Assembly: GCA_041641305.1 (NCBI GenBank)
Contig: JBEPYN010000001.1
Location: 6,498 to 70,497 of the forward strand
Length of the DNA stretch: 64,000 nt
Source: Nitrososphaerota archaeon
GTDB lineage: Archaea; Thermoproteota; Nitrososphaeria_A; Caldarchaeales; Caldarchaeaceae
Reading direction: 5' to 3'
Part shown: piece by piece, positions 25,784-34,452 of the stretch
Position numbering within the stretch: the stretch's first letter is position 1
How the letters are laid out: each line of letters starts with the position of its first letter
Made by a program: the position numbers and the translations under genes
The notes under the pieces: model-generated
Seen by the model: only the letters and a program-made list of their open reading frames with translations
Databases searched by the model: none
What the model was told of the DNA's origin: nothing

Positions 25784-28009
25784 ATGGTAAAAACTAAATA
25801 CATTCAGCAAAGATATGTAGGTGGTTTGCGAAGGGTTTACAGCGCGTATGATGCGGTGCGTGGGGCTCCAATATACACCGAGGACATAGTACCTGAGAAC
25901 GCTCTCCGTGTTAAGGCTCTAAGGTCTGAGTATCCGCATGCGTTGATAAAACGTGTAGATGTCTCAGCTGCTATGCAGGTGCCCGGCGTGGTCGCGGTCT
26001 TCACCGCCCTAGATGTACCGGGTCAAAACATAACGGGTGCGGTTGTGCTGGACAGGCCTTTCCTCGCATATAACAAGGTTAGATGCCTGGCTGACCCCAT
26101 AGCGCTTGTGGTCGCGGTTGATGAGGAAGCCGCAGACAAGGCGATTGAGAAGATAGTTGTCGACTATGAGGTTTTCGAGCCCGTCTACGATCCTGTTAAA
26201 GCGCTTGAGGAATCGGCTCCAAGGGTGCATGAAAATAATCTGCTCCGCCACTATAGGCTACGTAAAGGAGACATAACTCGTGGCTTTAACGAGTCAGACA
26301 TCATCGTGGAGGAGGAGTTTAGGACGCAGATGCAGGACCCGGCTCCTCTCGAGACTGAGGCTGCATACGCTGTCCCCGAGGAAGACGGCAGCCTAACAAT
26401 CTACGGCAGCATCCAGAACCCCTTCTATGTGCTAACAGGTGTCTCGAGAATACTTGGTCTACCGCGTGAAAAAATTAACCTGGTTGTGATGGCTATTGGT
26501 GGGACTTTTGGAGGAAAATCCGACGAGGCGCCTTGGGATGTCTGCGCAATGGCTGGGCTTGCCGCACTAAAGACAGGGAAACCTGCAGCATGTATCTACG
26601 GTCGCGACGAGTCAATGATAGCTCATTCTCATCGACACCCAGCCGTAATGCGCTATAAGGTCGGAGCAACTATGGATGGCAGGCTAAAGGCATTGGATGC
26701 CGACCTCTTCTTCGACACAGGAGCCTATGCCTCTGTCGGCCCACTCGTCATGCTCAGAGCGGTGACCCACGCAGCCGGGCCATATGTTGTGGAAAACGTA
26801 AGAGTAGACTCCTACCTCGTTTACACAAACAATTTGACGGCTGGGTCGATGAGAGGCTTTGGTTCCCCCCAGGTTCACTTCGCTGTTGAGTCTATGATGG
26901 ATATTCTTGCGGAGAAGCTTGGAATGGATCCTGTTGAGCTTCGGCTGAAAAATGCTTGGAGACAGGGAGTAGTAACCGCAAGCGACGCTGTCTTGATGGA
27001 TAATCCAGATTTTGGCATATTGGCTGAGAAGGTGTGCGAGAGGCTGGGATGGAGGCACGGAGAGAAAAATCCGGACGAGGGTGTGGGCATAGCTTTCATG
27101 GCTCATGGCAACAGCCTCGGTCCAGAGGGTGAAGACAAGTCCTCGGCAACGGTTAGAATATCGTCCGATGGCATGGTCCACGTCGCCACCTCTTTGACTG
27201 AGTATGGCACAGGCGCTTCACGCGGGTTTGCGAAAATAGCTGCATCTGTTCTGGGTGTGCCCGAGGAGAGGATCGTTGTGGACCGTGTTGAGACAAAGAA
27301 AGTCCCTGACTCGGGTGGAACGTTTGCATCCCGCTCCACCCTCATGGGCGGAAACGCCGTCTATCTTGCAGCCAAGAAACTGAGGGAAAGGGTTGAGCAG
27401 TTGATCAAAGAGTCTGGCCAAACAGGTGTGAACGTCGCAGATTTTGTCCGCGACATCCTGCGTGAAGAGGTATCTGAGTATGCGGAGTTTAAGTTACCCG
27501 CATGCGATTACGATCCCGAAACTGGAAAGGGAACGCCCTATCTTCAATACACCTATGGTGTTGTGGGTGTGCGTGTAAAGGTTGACAGGGAGCTTGGTAT
27601 TGTGAGGGTGAAGGATATTGTGGCTGCTTTTGATGTTGGACGCGTGGTCAACAAAGGGTATTTGACGGCTCAGCTGGAGGGCGGGATCACTCAGGGAGTC
27701 GCTTACGGCCTTCTCGAAGAGCTTGTAATCGGGAAAAAGCATAAGGTTCTCAACCCCAACCTCGCCGACTACCTTGTCCCCACCGCAGCCGACATGCCTC
27801 GTGTAGAGGTCATCGTCGTCGAAAACCCCAGCCCACTAACGCCCATCGGGACAAGAACCGCAGGCGAACCGGGGATAGACGCACCCGCAGCAGCCATAGC
27901 CAACGCCGTCCACGACGCCCTCAAAATCAGAATAACATCTCTCCCAATAACCCCGGAGAAAGTATTGGTTGCTTTGGAGAAAGCTCAAGCTATTGCCGCA
28001 ACTGTTTAA
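25784..28009 (+). CDS. xanthine dehydrogenase-family molybdopterin-binding large subunit (aldehyde oxidase/CoxL-like hydroxylase)
   Basis: 741 aa with a/b hammerhead and MoCo-binding domains: GSMRGFGSPQ, TYGVVGVRVKVDRELGIV, GEPGIDAPAAAIANAV. Confidence 0.85.
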   Translation: MVKTKYIQQRYVGGLRRVYSAYDAVRGAPIYTEDIVPENALRVKALRSEYPHALIKRVDVSAAMQVPGVVAVFTALDVPGQNITGAVVLDRPFLAYNKVRCLADPIALVVAVDEEAADKAIEKIVVDYEVFEPVYDPVKALEESAPRVHENNLLRHYRLRKGDITRGFNESDIIVEEEFRTQMQDPAPLETEAAYAVPEEDGSLTIYGSIQNPFYVLTGVSRILGLPREKINLVVMAIGGTFGGKSDEAPWDVCAMAGLAALKTGKPAACIYGRDESMIAHSHRHPAVMRYKVGATMDGRLKALDADLFFDTGAYASVGPLVMLRAVTHAAGPYVVENVRVDSYLVYTNNLTAGSMRGFGSPQVHFAVESMMDILAEKLGMDPVELRLKNAWRQGVVTASDAVLMDNPDFGILAEKVCERLGWRHGEKNPDEGVGIAFMAHGNSLGPEGEDKSSATVRISSDGMVHVATSLTEYGTGASRGFAKIAASVLGVPEERIVVDRVETKKVPDSGGTFASRSTLMGGNAVYLAAKKLRERVEQLIKESGQTGVNVADFVRDILREEVSEYAEFKLPACDYDPETGKGTPYLQYTYGVVGVRVKVDRELGIVRVKDIVAAFDVGRVVNKGYLTAQLEGGITQGVAYGLLEELVIGKKHKVLNPNLADYLVPTAADMPRVEVIVVENPSPLTPIGTRTAGEPGIDAPAAAIANAVHDALKIRITSLPITPEKVLVALEKAQAIAATV

Positions 28010-28460
28010 GGGCCGCCGACACAGCGTCGACGATCTTTGTGTATCCGCCGCATCGGCAAATGTTGGCTATGAGTATGTGTCTGATTGTCTGCTCATCGGC
28101 GTCGGGGTAGTTGTCGGCGATGTATTTCGCTGTTACAACGATGCCTGGTATGCAGAAGCCGCACTGGGATGCTGTGTACTCGAGGAGAGCTGACTGTATA
28201 GGGTGAAGGCTTTCCCCAGGTGTGATGCCCTCCAAAGTTGTTACATTTTTTCCACGGACTTGGACGGCGAGCATCATGCAGGAGTTGATGAGCTTGCCGT
28301 CGACGATGACGTTGCATGAGCCGCAGTCCCCTGTGCCACAGGCCTCCTTCACACTCTTCATGCCGAGACGGCGGAGAAGATCCATCAACCGCTCGTTACC
28401 ACGCAGCTCCGCTGAGACAGGCTTACCGTTAAGCACAAACTCAATCCTCATCAAAACCAC
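27990..28460 (-). CDS. (2Fe-2S)-binding small subunit of xanthine dehydrogenase-family enzyme
   Basis: CGTGDCGSCNV plant-type ferredoxin cluster and CGFCIPG second cluster. 156 aa. Confidence 0.9.
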   Translation of the reverse strand: MVLMRIEFVLNGKPVSAELRGNERLMDLLRRLGMKSVKEACGTGDCGSCNVIVDGKLINSCMMLAVQVRGKNVTTLEGITPGESLHPIQSALLEYTASQCGFCIPGIVVTAKYIADNYPDADEQTIRHILIANICRCGGYTKIVDAVSAALKQLRQ

Positions 28461-29319
28461 CCCTCATCAAGTAGCTCCAGCAAAACTCGAGACCACGCCT
28501 CAGCAAAACTTTTGAGACATGTTTTCTGAAGCTGCTGGAGGCCCTGAAGTCTGACGCAGGCCGTATCCTTGACACGCTTTCTTCAACAGCCTCCCTTAGC
28601 AGACTTGGGTTAATCGCCTTCCCTATCAACGCATTTTCTAGGTCTGTGAGCCGACCCATCTGTCTGCCTTCAACCCTGTTCAAAACAATCCTCAGCTTCT
28701 TAACTATGCCGTCAACAGCCTTCATGGAGACTGCGGCCGTCACAACCCCTATGCCGTTGGAGGCTCTCTTCTCAAACTTTGAGAACCATGAGACCGATCC
28801 AGGGCCCCAGTCACGGAAAACAGCCTCAGCAACAACTTCGCCACGTCGCAGAGAAAGCTCAAGCGGCCCCGCAACCCTCTCACCCTCAGGGCCAACAATC
28901 TTCACCTCCCCGTCGAGAGAGGCCATTATAGCGGGAATGTCTCGCTCACCGCCTGAGGCGAGGTTGCCCCCAACGGTTGCCATGTGTCGGGTGGTCTCTG
29001 CTCCGAAGTATTTGCTGAGCCAGCGTATGGATAAGTAGTTCCTCGGAATTGCTGGGGAGTTGGCGAGTTCATGCACCGTCGCCAGCCCGCCTACTCGGAT
29101 TATCTCCCTCTCCCTCTTCACATATCGTAGCTCATTCACACCCGACAGATCGATAACAGCCCGCGGCCGAATTTTTCCACGCCGCATAAAAGGCATCAAA
29201 TCCGTGCCACCTGCGTACAGCACAACATCACCGTCAAGACGCGAATATAGACTGATAACCTCTCGAAGCGACGAAGGAGTGTAGACCTCGAAGCTGGGGA
29301 CAGCCTTCAACCAAATCAT
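28441..29319 (-). CDS. FAD-binding medium subunit of xanthine dehydrogenase-family enzyme (CoxM-like)
   Basis: VLYAGGTDLMP...GGLATVHEL: FAD-binding PCMH-type domain. Overlaps the small subunit gene by 20 nt. Confidence 0.85.
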   Translation of the reverse strand: MIWLKAVPSFEVYTPSSLREVISLYSRLDGDVVLYAGGTDLMPFMRRGKIRPRAVIDLSGVNELRYVKREREIIRVGGLATVHELANSPAIPRNYLSIRWLSKYFGAETTRHMATVGGNLASGGERDIPAIMASLDGEVKIVGPEGERVAGPLELSLRRGEVVAEAVFRDWGPGSVSWFSKFEKRASNGIGVVTAAVSMKAVDGIVKKLRIVLNRVEGRQMGRLTDLENALIGKAINPSLLREAVEESVSRIRPASDFRASSSFRKHVSKVLLRRGLEFCWSYLMRGGFDED

Positions 29320-29393
29320 TTTTGTTACGGATGAATATAAGGAAATGGCTGACCGTCTCTACATCGTTATATTTCCGTGTAGAGGTTATTGTT

Positions 29394-30788
29394 GTGTTGG
29401 CGAAAGACGGATTCGATCTCATGGTTCGTAACTGTAGGGTAGTGGATGTGGATGGTGTTTACGAGGCTGACATAGCTGTCGCTGGCGGAAGGATTGCGGC
29501 CATCGGCCGCAGACTGGAGGCACGTGCCGAGAAAATATACGATGCAGGCGGACGCTATGTTTTTCCTGGAGCGATAGACGGCCACGTCCACTTCAAGCTC
29601 AAGTATTTCGAGAACGTCTACACAGCCGACGATTTTTACACGGGAACAGTTGCGGCGGCATGTGGTGGGGTCACGACGATAATCGACTTCGTGACACCTG
29701 AGACCAAGGACTATGTTGAGGATTTTCGGAGACGGAGAGCCGAGGCAGATGGAGAGGTAGTCGTAGATTATGGGCTCCACATGAGCGTGACGGACTACGA
29801 CGAAAAGATAGAGAGGATGCTCATTCACCTTTTTGAGAATGAAGGTCTCGCTAGCGTGAAGATGTTCACCGCCTATAGCCGCAGAGGCCTCATGCTCGAC
29901 GACGGAAAAGCATACAGGCTGATGAAGCTCTGCGGTGAGAAAAACGTCCTGGTCATGGTTCATGCCGAGAACGAGCATCTCATCAACACTTTTGTGGAAG
30001 AGTTTGTTTCACAGGGCAAGACCGAGCCTATTTACCATTCGCGGAGTAGACCAGATTTTGTGGAGGCCGAGGCGGTGAACCGGGTCGCTTTCTTATCTGG
30101 TTTGACGGGTGCCGAGATACTTATTGTCCACGTCTCCTCGGCGATGGGTCTCGACGCGATACAGGAGGCGAGGCAGAAAGGTGTGAAGATTCATGGGGAA
30201 ACTTGTCCACACTATCTTATGTTCACTGAAGATGTGTATTTGAAACCTGACGGAGCGAAGTTCATTATGTCTCCTCCTCTTAAGAAGGAGCATGACAGAG
30301 AGGTGTTGTGGAAAGGCGTTTTGACCGATGGGTTTTCAGTGGTTGGAAGCGACCACGCCTGCTTCAACTTGTCACAGAAACTTGGACACAAAAGCTTTAC
30401 AACTGTTCCAGGCGGTGTGGCTGGGACCGAGGTGATACCCATGATACTTTTCTCAGAAGGTGTTGTGAAGCGGGGGATGCCTCTTAGCCGCTTCATCACT
30501 TTGACAGCTCTAAACCCAGCCAAGCTATATGGCGTCTATCCGCGGAAAGGTGTCATCAGGGTTGGCGCGGACGCCGACTTCTACATCCTAGACCCATCGC
30601 AGAAAACACGTCTTACAAGGGAAAACCTTCACAGCAACATAGACCACTCGATATACGAAGACGTCGAGGTCAGCTGCCGCATAGTAGCCACCTTCTCCCG
30701 GGGAGAACAGATAGTTGAAAACGGTGAATTCATCGGGAAACGGGGCAGAGGACAATACATCCCCATGAATAGAGGCGGAGGTGGATGA
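29394..30788 (+). CDS. cyclic amidohydrolase (dihydropyrimidinase / D-hydantoinase-like)
   Basis: AIDGHVHF (HxH), SVKMF (carbamylated Lys), VHAEN, GSDHACF: metal-ligand set of dihydropyrimidinase/hydantoinase/allantoinase. The ORF track starts at 29322; I prefer GTG 29394 (…VLAKDGFDLMVRNCRVVD). Confidence 0.75.
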   Translation: MLAKDGFDLMVRNCRVVDVDGVYEADIAVAGGRIAAIGRRLEARAEKIYDAGGRYVFPGAIDGHVHFKLKYFENVYTADDFYTGTVAAACGGVTTIIDFVTPETKDYVEDFRRRRAEADGEVVVDYGLHMSVTDYDEKIERMLIHLFENEGLASVKMFTAYSRRGLMLDDGKAYRLMKLCGEKNVLVMVHAENEHLINTFVEEFVSQGKTEPIYHSRSRPDFVEAEAVNRVAFLSGLTGAEILIVHVSSAMGLDAIQEARQKGVKIHGETCPHYLMFTEDVYLKPDGAKFIMSPPLKKEHDREVLWKGVLTDGFSVVGSDHACFNLSQKLGHKSFTTVPGGVAGTEVIPMILFSEGVVKRGMPLSRFITLTALNPAKLYGVYPRKGVIRVGADADFYILDPSQKTRLTRENLHSNIDHSIYEDVEVSCRIVATFSRGEQIVENGEFIGKRGRGQYIPMNRGGGG

Positions 30789-31639
30789 AGCCCCGAAGAC
30801 GACCAGCGGTAGCCGGATACTTCTACGAGGGCTCCAGAGAAGCTCTTCTGAGACAGGTGGAAAACTGTTTCCTATCATCACACGGCCCGGGAAAAACACC
30901 TACAAAAGAGTGGAGCACCCGTCGTCCACCTGCTCTCATCTCTCCACATGCGGGTCTGATGTACTCGGGGCCTGTCGCGGCCCACGGATACTATGAGCTG
31001 ACAAAATATGCGGCGCCTGAGTCTGTTGTTGTTTTCGGGCCCAACCACTACGGAGTGGGGACAGTTGTTTCAATATACCCGGGAGGAAGCTGGTTGACCC
31101 CTCTCGGAGAGGTCAAAATAGATGATAAGCTCGCGGCGGAGATCGCTGGACAGCGTGAGTTTTTCTACTTGGATGAAATAAGCCATGCACGTGAACACAG
31201 CATCGAGGTACAGTTGCCTTTCCTCCAGTACCTGTATGGCGAATTCCTGTTTGTACCAATCTGTATTAATGACCAAAGCCTCGAGACTTGTGTGGAGATT
31301 GGGGAGGCTGTTGCAGAAGTTGTCGATAGAAGAAACATTCTCATGATTGCGTCTACCGATTTCACGCATTATGAGCCGCATGAAACGGTGTTGAAAAAGG
31401 ACAGGCTCGCTCTTGAGCGTATACAGCAGCTTGACGTCGAAGGCCTTTACAAGGTGATTGAGAAGTATGACATAACTATGTGTGGGTACGGAGCTGTGGC
31501 GGCGTTGTTGGTTGCCGCAAGAAAGCTCGGGGCAGTCGAGGCCACGGTCTTGAAACAGGCTACAAGCGGCGATACAAGCGGGGATTACGAGTCTGTGGTC
31601 GGCTACGCGGCCTGTAAAATTGAGCTGCCTGAAAAATGA
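30785..31639 (+). CDS. Memo-like (AmmeMemoRadiSam system protein B family) protein
   Basis: PAVAGYFYEGS...ISPHAGLMYSGPVAAHGY...IASTDFTHY: Memo1-family signature. 4-nt overlap with both neighbours. Confidence 0.75.
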   Translation: MKPRRRPAVAGYFYEGSREALLRQVENCFLSSHGPGKTPTKEWSTRRPPALISPHAGLMYSGPVAAHGYYELTKYAAPESVVVFGPNHYGVGTVVSIYPGGSWLTPLGEVKIDDKLAAEIAGQREFFYLDEISHAREHSIEVQLPFLQYLYGEFLFVPICINDQSLETCVEIGEAVAEVVDRRNILMIASTDFTHYEPHETVLKKDRLALERIQQLDVEGLYKVIEKYDITMCGYGAVAALLVAARKLGAVEATVLKQATSGDTSGDYESVVGYAACKIELPEK

Positions 31640-32595
31640 GGAAGCAGGTCAAAGTATTCGCACCGGGTAAAGTCATACTTTATGGAGAACACTTTGTCGT
31701 CTCAGGCTACCCAGCCATCGTAACAGCAATAGACCGTGGCGTAACTGTCACAGCGAGAAAAGTAGAGGACAAGTTTGTCATAGTTTCAAAACATTCAGCC
31801 GCGGCGTGGGATATTTCCGGAGAGCCCATTGCCGCCAGCTCACATACCCTTGCCCCGCTCTACAACATGGTTAGAGAGATATGTTTGGACAATGGTGTGC
31901 CGTGCACAGGGTTGGCTGAGATAGAGTCAGACCTAGTTAGCGGCGGAGGACTCGGCTCCTCTGCAGCTGTCTCCGTCGCGCTTGCTAAGGCCGTGTCGCT
32001 TCTGCATGAAATCGAGCTAAGCCGAGACCAGCTTATACAGTATGCTCTCAAGGCTGAGAAAGAGTTCCACGGCAGACCGTCTGGAATAGACCCGACAATA
32101 TCCGCGGTAGGCGGAACCATTGCCTACCAAGGCCTTGGAAAATACACAGGCATTGAGATAGGTGAACCCCTAGACCTAATAATAGTCTTCAGCGGCAGAA
32201 AAAGGAAAACATCTAAGATGGTCGATATTGTGCAGAGGTTTGCTGCTGAGAAGAGAAATGTTTTCACGGAGCTTGTGAAACTTTATTCATATATATACGA
32301 GGAGGCGAAAAAGTCCTTGGCTCAAGGAGACCTTGAGACCATCGGCCAACTTTTCACACTCAACCATCTTCTTCTAAAGACAGTCGGTGTCTCGGCAGAG
32401 GTTCTGGAGAACATAGTGGATAGGTTGAGGAGCTTATGTGTCTACGGGTCTAAGCTGACGGGAGCGGGTGGCGGCGGTTGCGTAATCGCAGTAGCGGGTG
32501 AAAGAACCGCGGATATTGTAGAAGAGATGTCAAGGCTTTATCCAGGGGCTTGGTTAAGCAGGATAGGGGTAGCCGGAGTAGGTGAAAAGGTTTGA
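31636..32595 (+). CDS. mvk: mevalonate kinase
   Basis: GHMP kinase: VFAPGKVILYGEHFVV (motif 1), GGGLGSSAAV (motif 2), KLTGAGGGGCVIA (motif 3). Confidence 0.85.
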   Translation: MRKQVKVFAPGKVILYGEHFVVSGYPAIVTAIDRGVTVTARKVEDKFVIVSKHSAAAWDISGEPIAASSHTLAPLYNMVREICLDNGVPCTGLAEIESDLVSGGGLGSSAAVSVALAKAVSLLHEIELSRDQLIQYALKAEKEFHGRPSGIDPTISAVGGTIAYQGLGKYTGIEIGEPLDLIIVFSGRKRKTSKMVDIVQRFAAEKRNVFTELVKLYSYIYEEAKKSLAQGDLETIGQLFTLNHLLLKTVGVSAEVLENIVDRLRSLCVYGSKLTGAGGGGCVIAVAGERTADIVEEMSRLYPGAWLSRIGVAGVGEKV

Positions 32596-33374
32596 GCAAC
32601 CTTGTAATCCTCAAGATAGGTGGCTCAGTCATCACAGACAAAACGAGAGAAAACTTCTTCAGACAAGAAGTTATGGCGAGAATAGCGAAGGAGATTGCGA
32701 GATGCTGGCCCACGCCTATGATAATAATACATGGAGCAGGCTCTTTCGGACACCCCATCGCCAAACAGTACAGAATTGACGAGGGTTATAGGGAGCAGGG
32801 GCAGTTGGAGGGGTTTGTGAAAACCCTTCAATCGGTTAAGACCCTAAACCAGCATGTCGTCAATACACTCATCGAAACTGGTATAGGAGCTGTTGGCATG
32901 CCTGCGTCTACACTTTTCATCACGCGGAAAGGCGTCATAGAAACCGCTCATCTTGACATGTTCTTCTCGGCCCTCGACCTGGGAGTAATACCGGTCACAT
33001 GCGGTGATGCAGTTTTTGACCGAGAGCTAAAGTTCACAGTAGCCTCGGGGGATCAGATAGCCATCCACCTCGCAAAATCTCTGAGAGCCTCGCGGATAGT
33101 TTTCGCCAGCGACGTTGACGGTGTTTATGAGGTTGACAGGGAGACGGGTGAGAAGAAGGTGCTTGAGAAGCTTGATTATAGGAGACATTCAACCCTCTAC
33201 TATGGAGGTGTTGAAGGCGAGGATGTTACAGGAGGGATGTTCTACAAGGTTGAAATGGGGTTTGAGGCTGTGAAAGCTGGTGTAGACGTTGTGATAGTCA
33301 ACGGCCTCGTCGAAGGCAGGATAGAAGCCGCTGTGAAGGGAAAGCCTGTGAAAGGGACAACGCTGGTGATGTAG
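32592..33374 (+). CDS. ipk: isopentenyl phosphate kinase
   Basis: Amino-acid-kinase fold. LVILKIGGSVITDK...IIHGAGSFGH. Located between mvk and fni as in archaeal MVA clusters. Confidence 0.8.
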   Translation: MSNLVILKIGGSVITDKTRENFFRQEVMARIAKEIARCWPTPMIIIHGAGSFGHPIAKQYRIDEGYREQGQLEGFVKTLQSVKTLNQHVVNTLIETGIGAVGMPASTLFITRKGVIETAHLDMFFSALDLGVIPVTCGDAVFDRELKFTVASGDQIAIHLAKSLRASRIVFASDVDGVYEVDRETGEKKVLEKLDYRRHSTLYYGGVEGEDVTGGMFYKVEMGFEAVKAGVDVVIVNGLVEGRIEAAVKGKPVKGTTLVM

Positions 33375-33375
33375 C

Positions 33376-34452
33376 GTGAGCATAGAGGCGAGGAAAAGCG
33401 ATCACATCAAGATAAGTCTCGAAAAAGACGTTTCCTTCAAAAAATCAACATGGCTCGAATACGTGGAGCTTGTACATCAAGCCGCTCCGGAGATAGATCC
33501 CGGAGATATCCAAACCGAAACCATTTTCCTTGGCCGCAGGTTCAGCCACCCACTGATAATAGAGTCGATGACGGGGGGCACATCTGAAGCGGAGAAGATA
33601 AACGCCAACCTCGGGCAGGCAGCCGCGGTTTTCAAGGTGCCCATGGGCGTAGGCAGTCAGAGAGCGGGAATAGTCAAGCCTGAGACAGTTCGCACATTCA
33701 GGGCTGCGCGTGACCATGGTCCAGACGCTTTTCTCATCGGCAACATAGGGGCGGTGCAGCTGGTGGAAAACGGTGTGGAGATGGGTTTAAAGGCGGTTGA
33801 GATGATAGACGCCGACGCCCTCGCCGTCCACCTCAACCCTCTCCAAGAAATCATACAGCCAGACGGAAAAGCACGGTTCAGAAACCTCTCAAAAACACTT
33901 GAGAAGCTGCGGAAAGAGTTGAGCATACCAATTATTTTGAAGGAGATTGGATGCGGGTTGTCGAGGGAGGTTGTGGCGATGGCTGATAGAGTAGGTTTAG
34001 ATGCTTTTGACGTGGCCGGCTCAGGGGGAACAAACTGGACGATGATAGAGATGATACGTGCAGAGGAAATGAAAGACAGCGAGAAAAGGGCGCTTGCAGA
34101 GGTTTTCCTCGAATGGGGCATCCCGACAGCGGCCGCCGTCATGGAGGCTGTTGACACAACAACCAAGCCTGTGATAGCCTCCGGAGGGTTAAGGACAGGA
34201 CTCGATGCAGCAAAAACCCTGGCCCTCGGAGCATCCATGGCTGGTCTGGCGAGACCATTCCTCAAACCGGCCACCAATTCTGCCGAGGACGTACTGGCGA
34301 CGCTAAGTAGATTGTCTAACCAGCTGAAGACAACGATGTTCTTAACAGGATGTAAGACAGTAGATGAGCTACGAAATGCACCCAAAGTGGTTATGGGGCC
34401 ACTGCGTGAATGGGCTGCACAGAGGCTCAGTCGTGGCAGTAGACAAACCTGA
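33376..34452 (+). CDS. fni: isopentenyl-diphosphate delta-isomerase type 2 (FMN-dependent)
   Basis: RKSDHIKI...ESMTGGT...GVGSQRA...ASGGLRTGLD: IDI-2 conserved blocks. Confidence 0.85.
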   Translation: MSIEARKSDHIKISLEKDVSFKKSTWLEYVELVHQAAPEIDPGDIQTETIFLGRRFSHPLIIESMTGGTSEAEKINANLGQAAAVFKVPMGVGSQRAGIVKPETVRTFRAARDHGPDAFLIGNIGAVQLVENGVEMGLKAVEMIDADALAVHLNPLQEIIQPDGKARFRNLSKTLEKLRKELSIPIILKEIGCGLSREVVAMADRVGLDAFDVAGSGGTNWTMIEMIRAEEMKDSEKRALAEVFLEWGIPTAAAVMEAVDTTTKPVIASGGLRTGLDAAKTLALGASMAGLARPFLKPATNSAEDVLATLSRLSNQLKTTMFLTGCKTVDELRNAPKVVMGPLREWAAQRLSRGSRQT

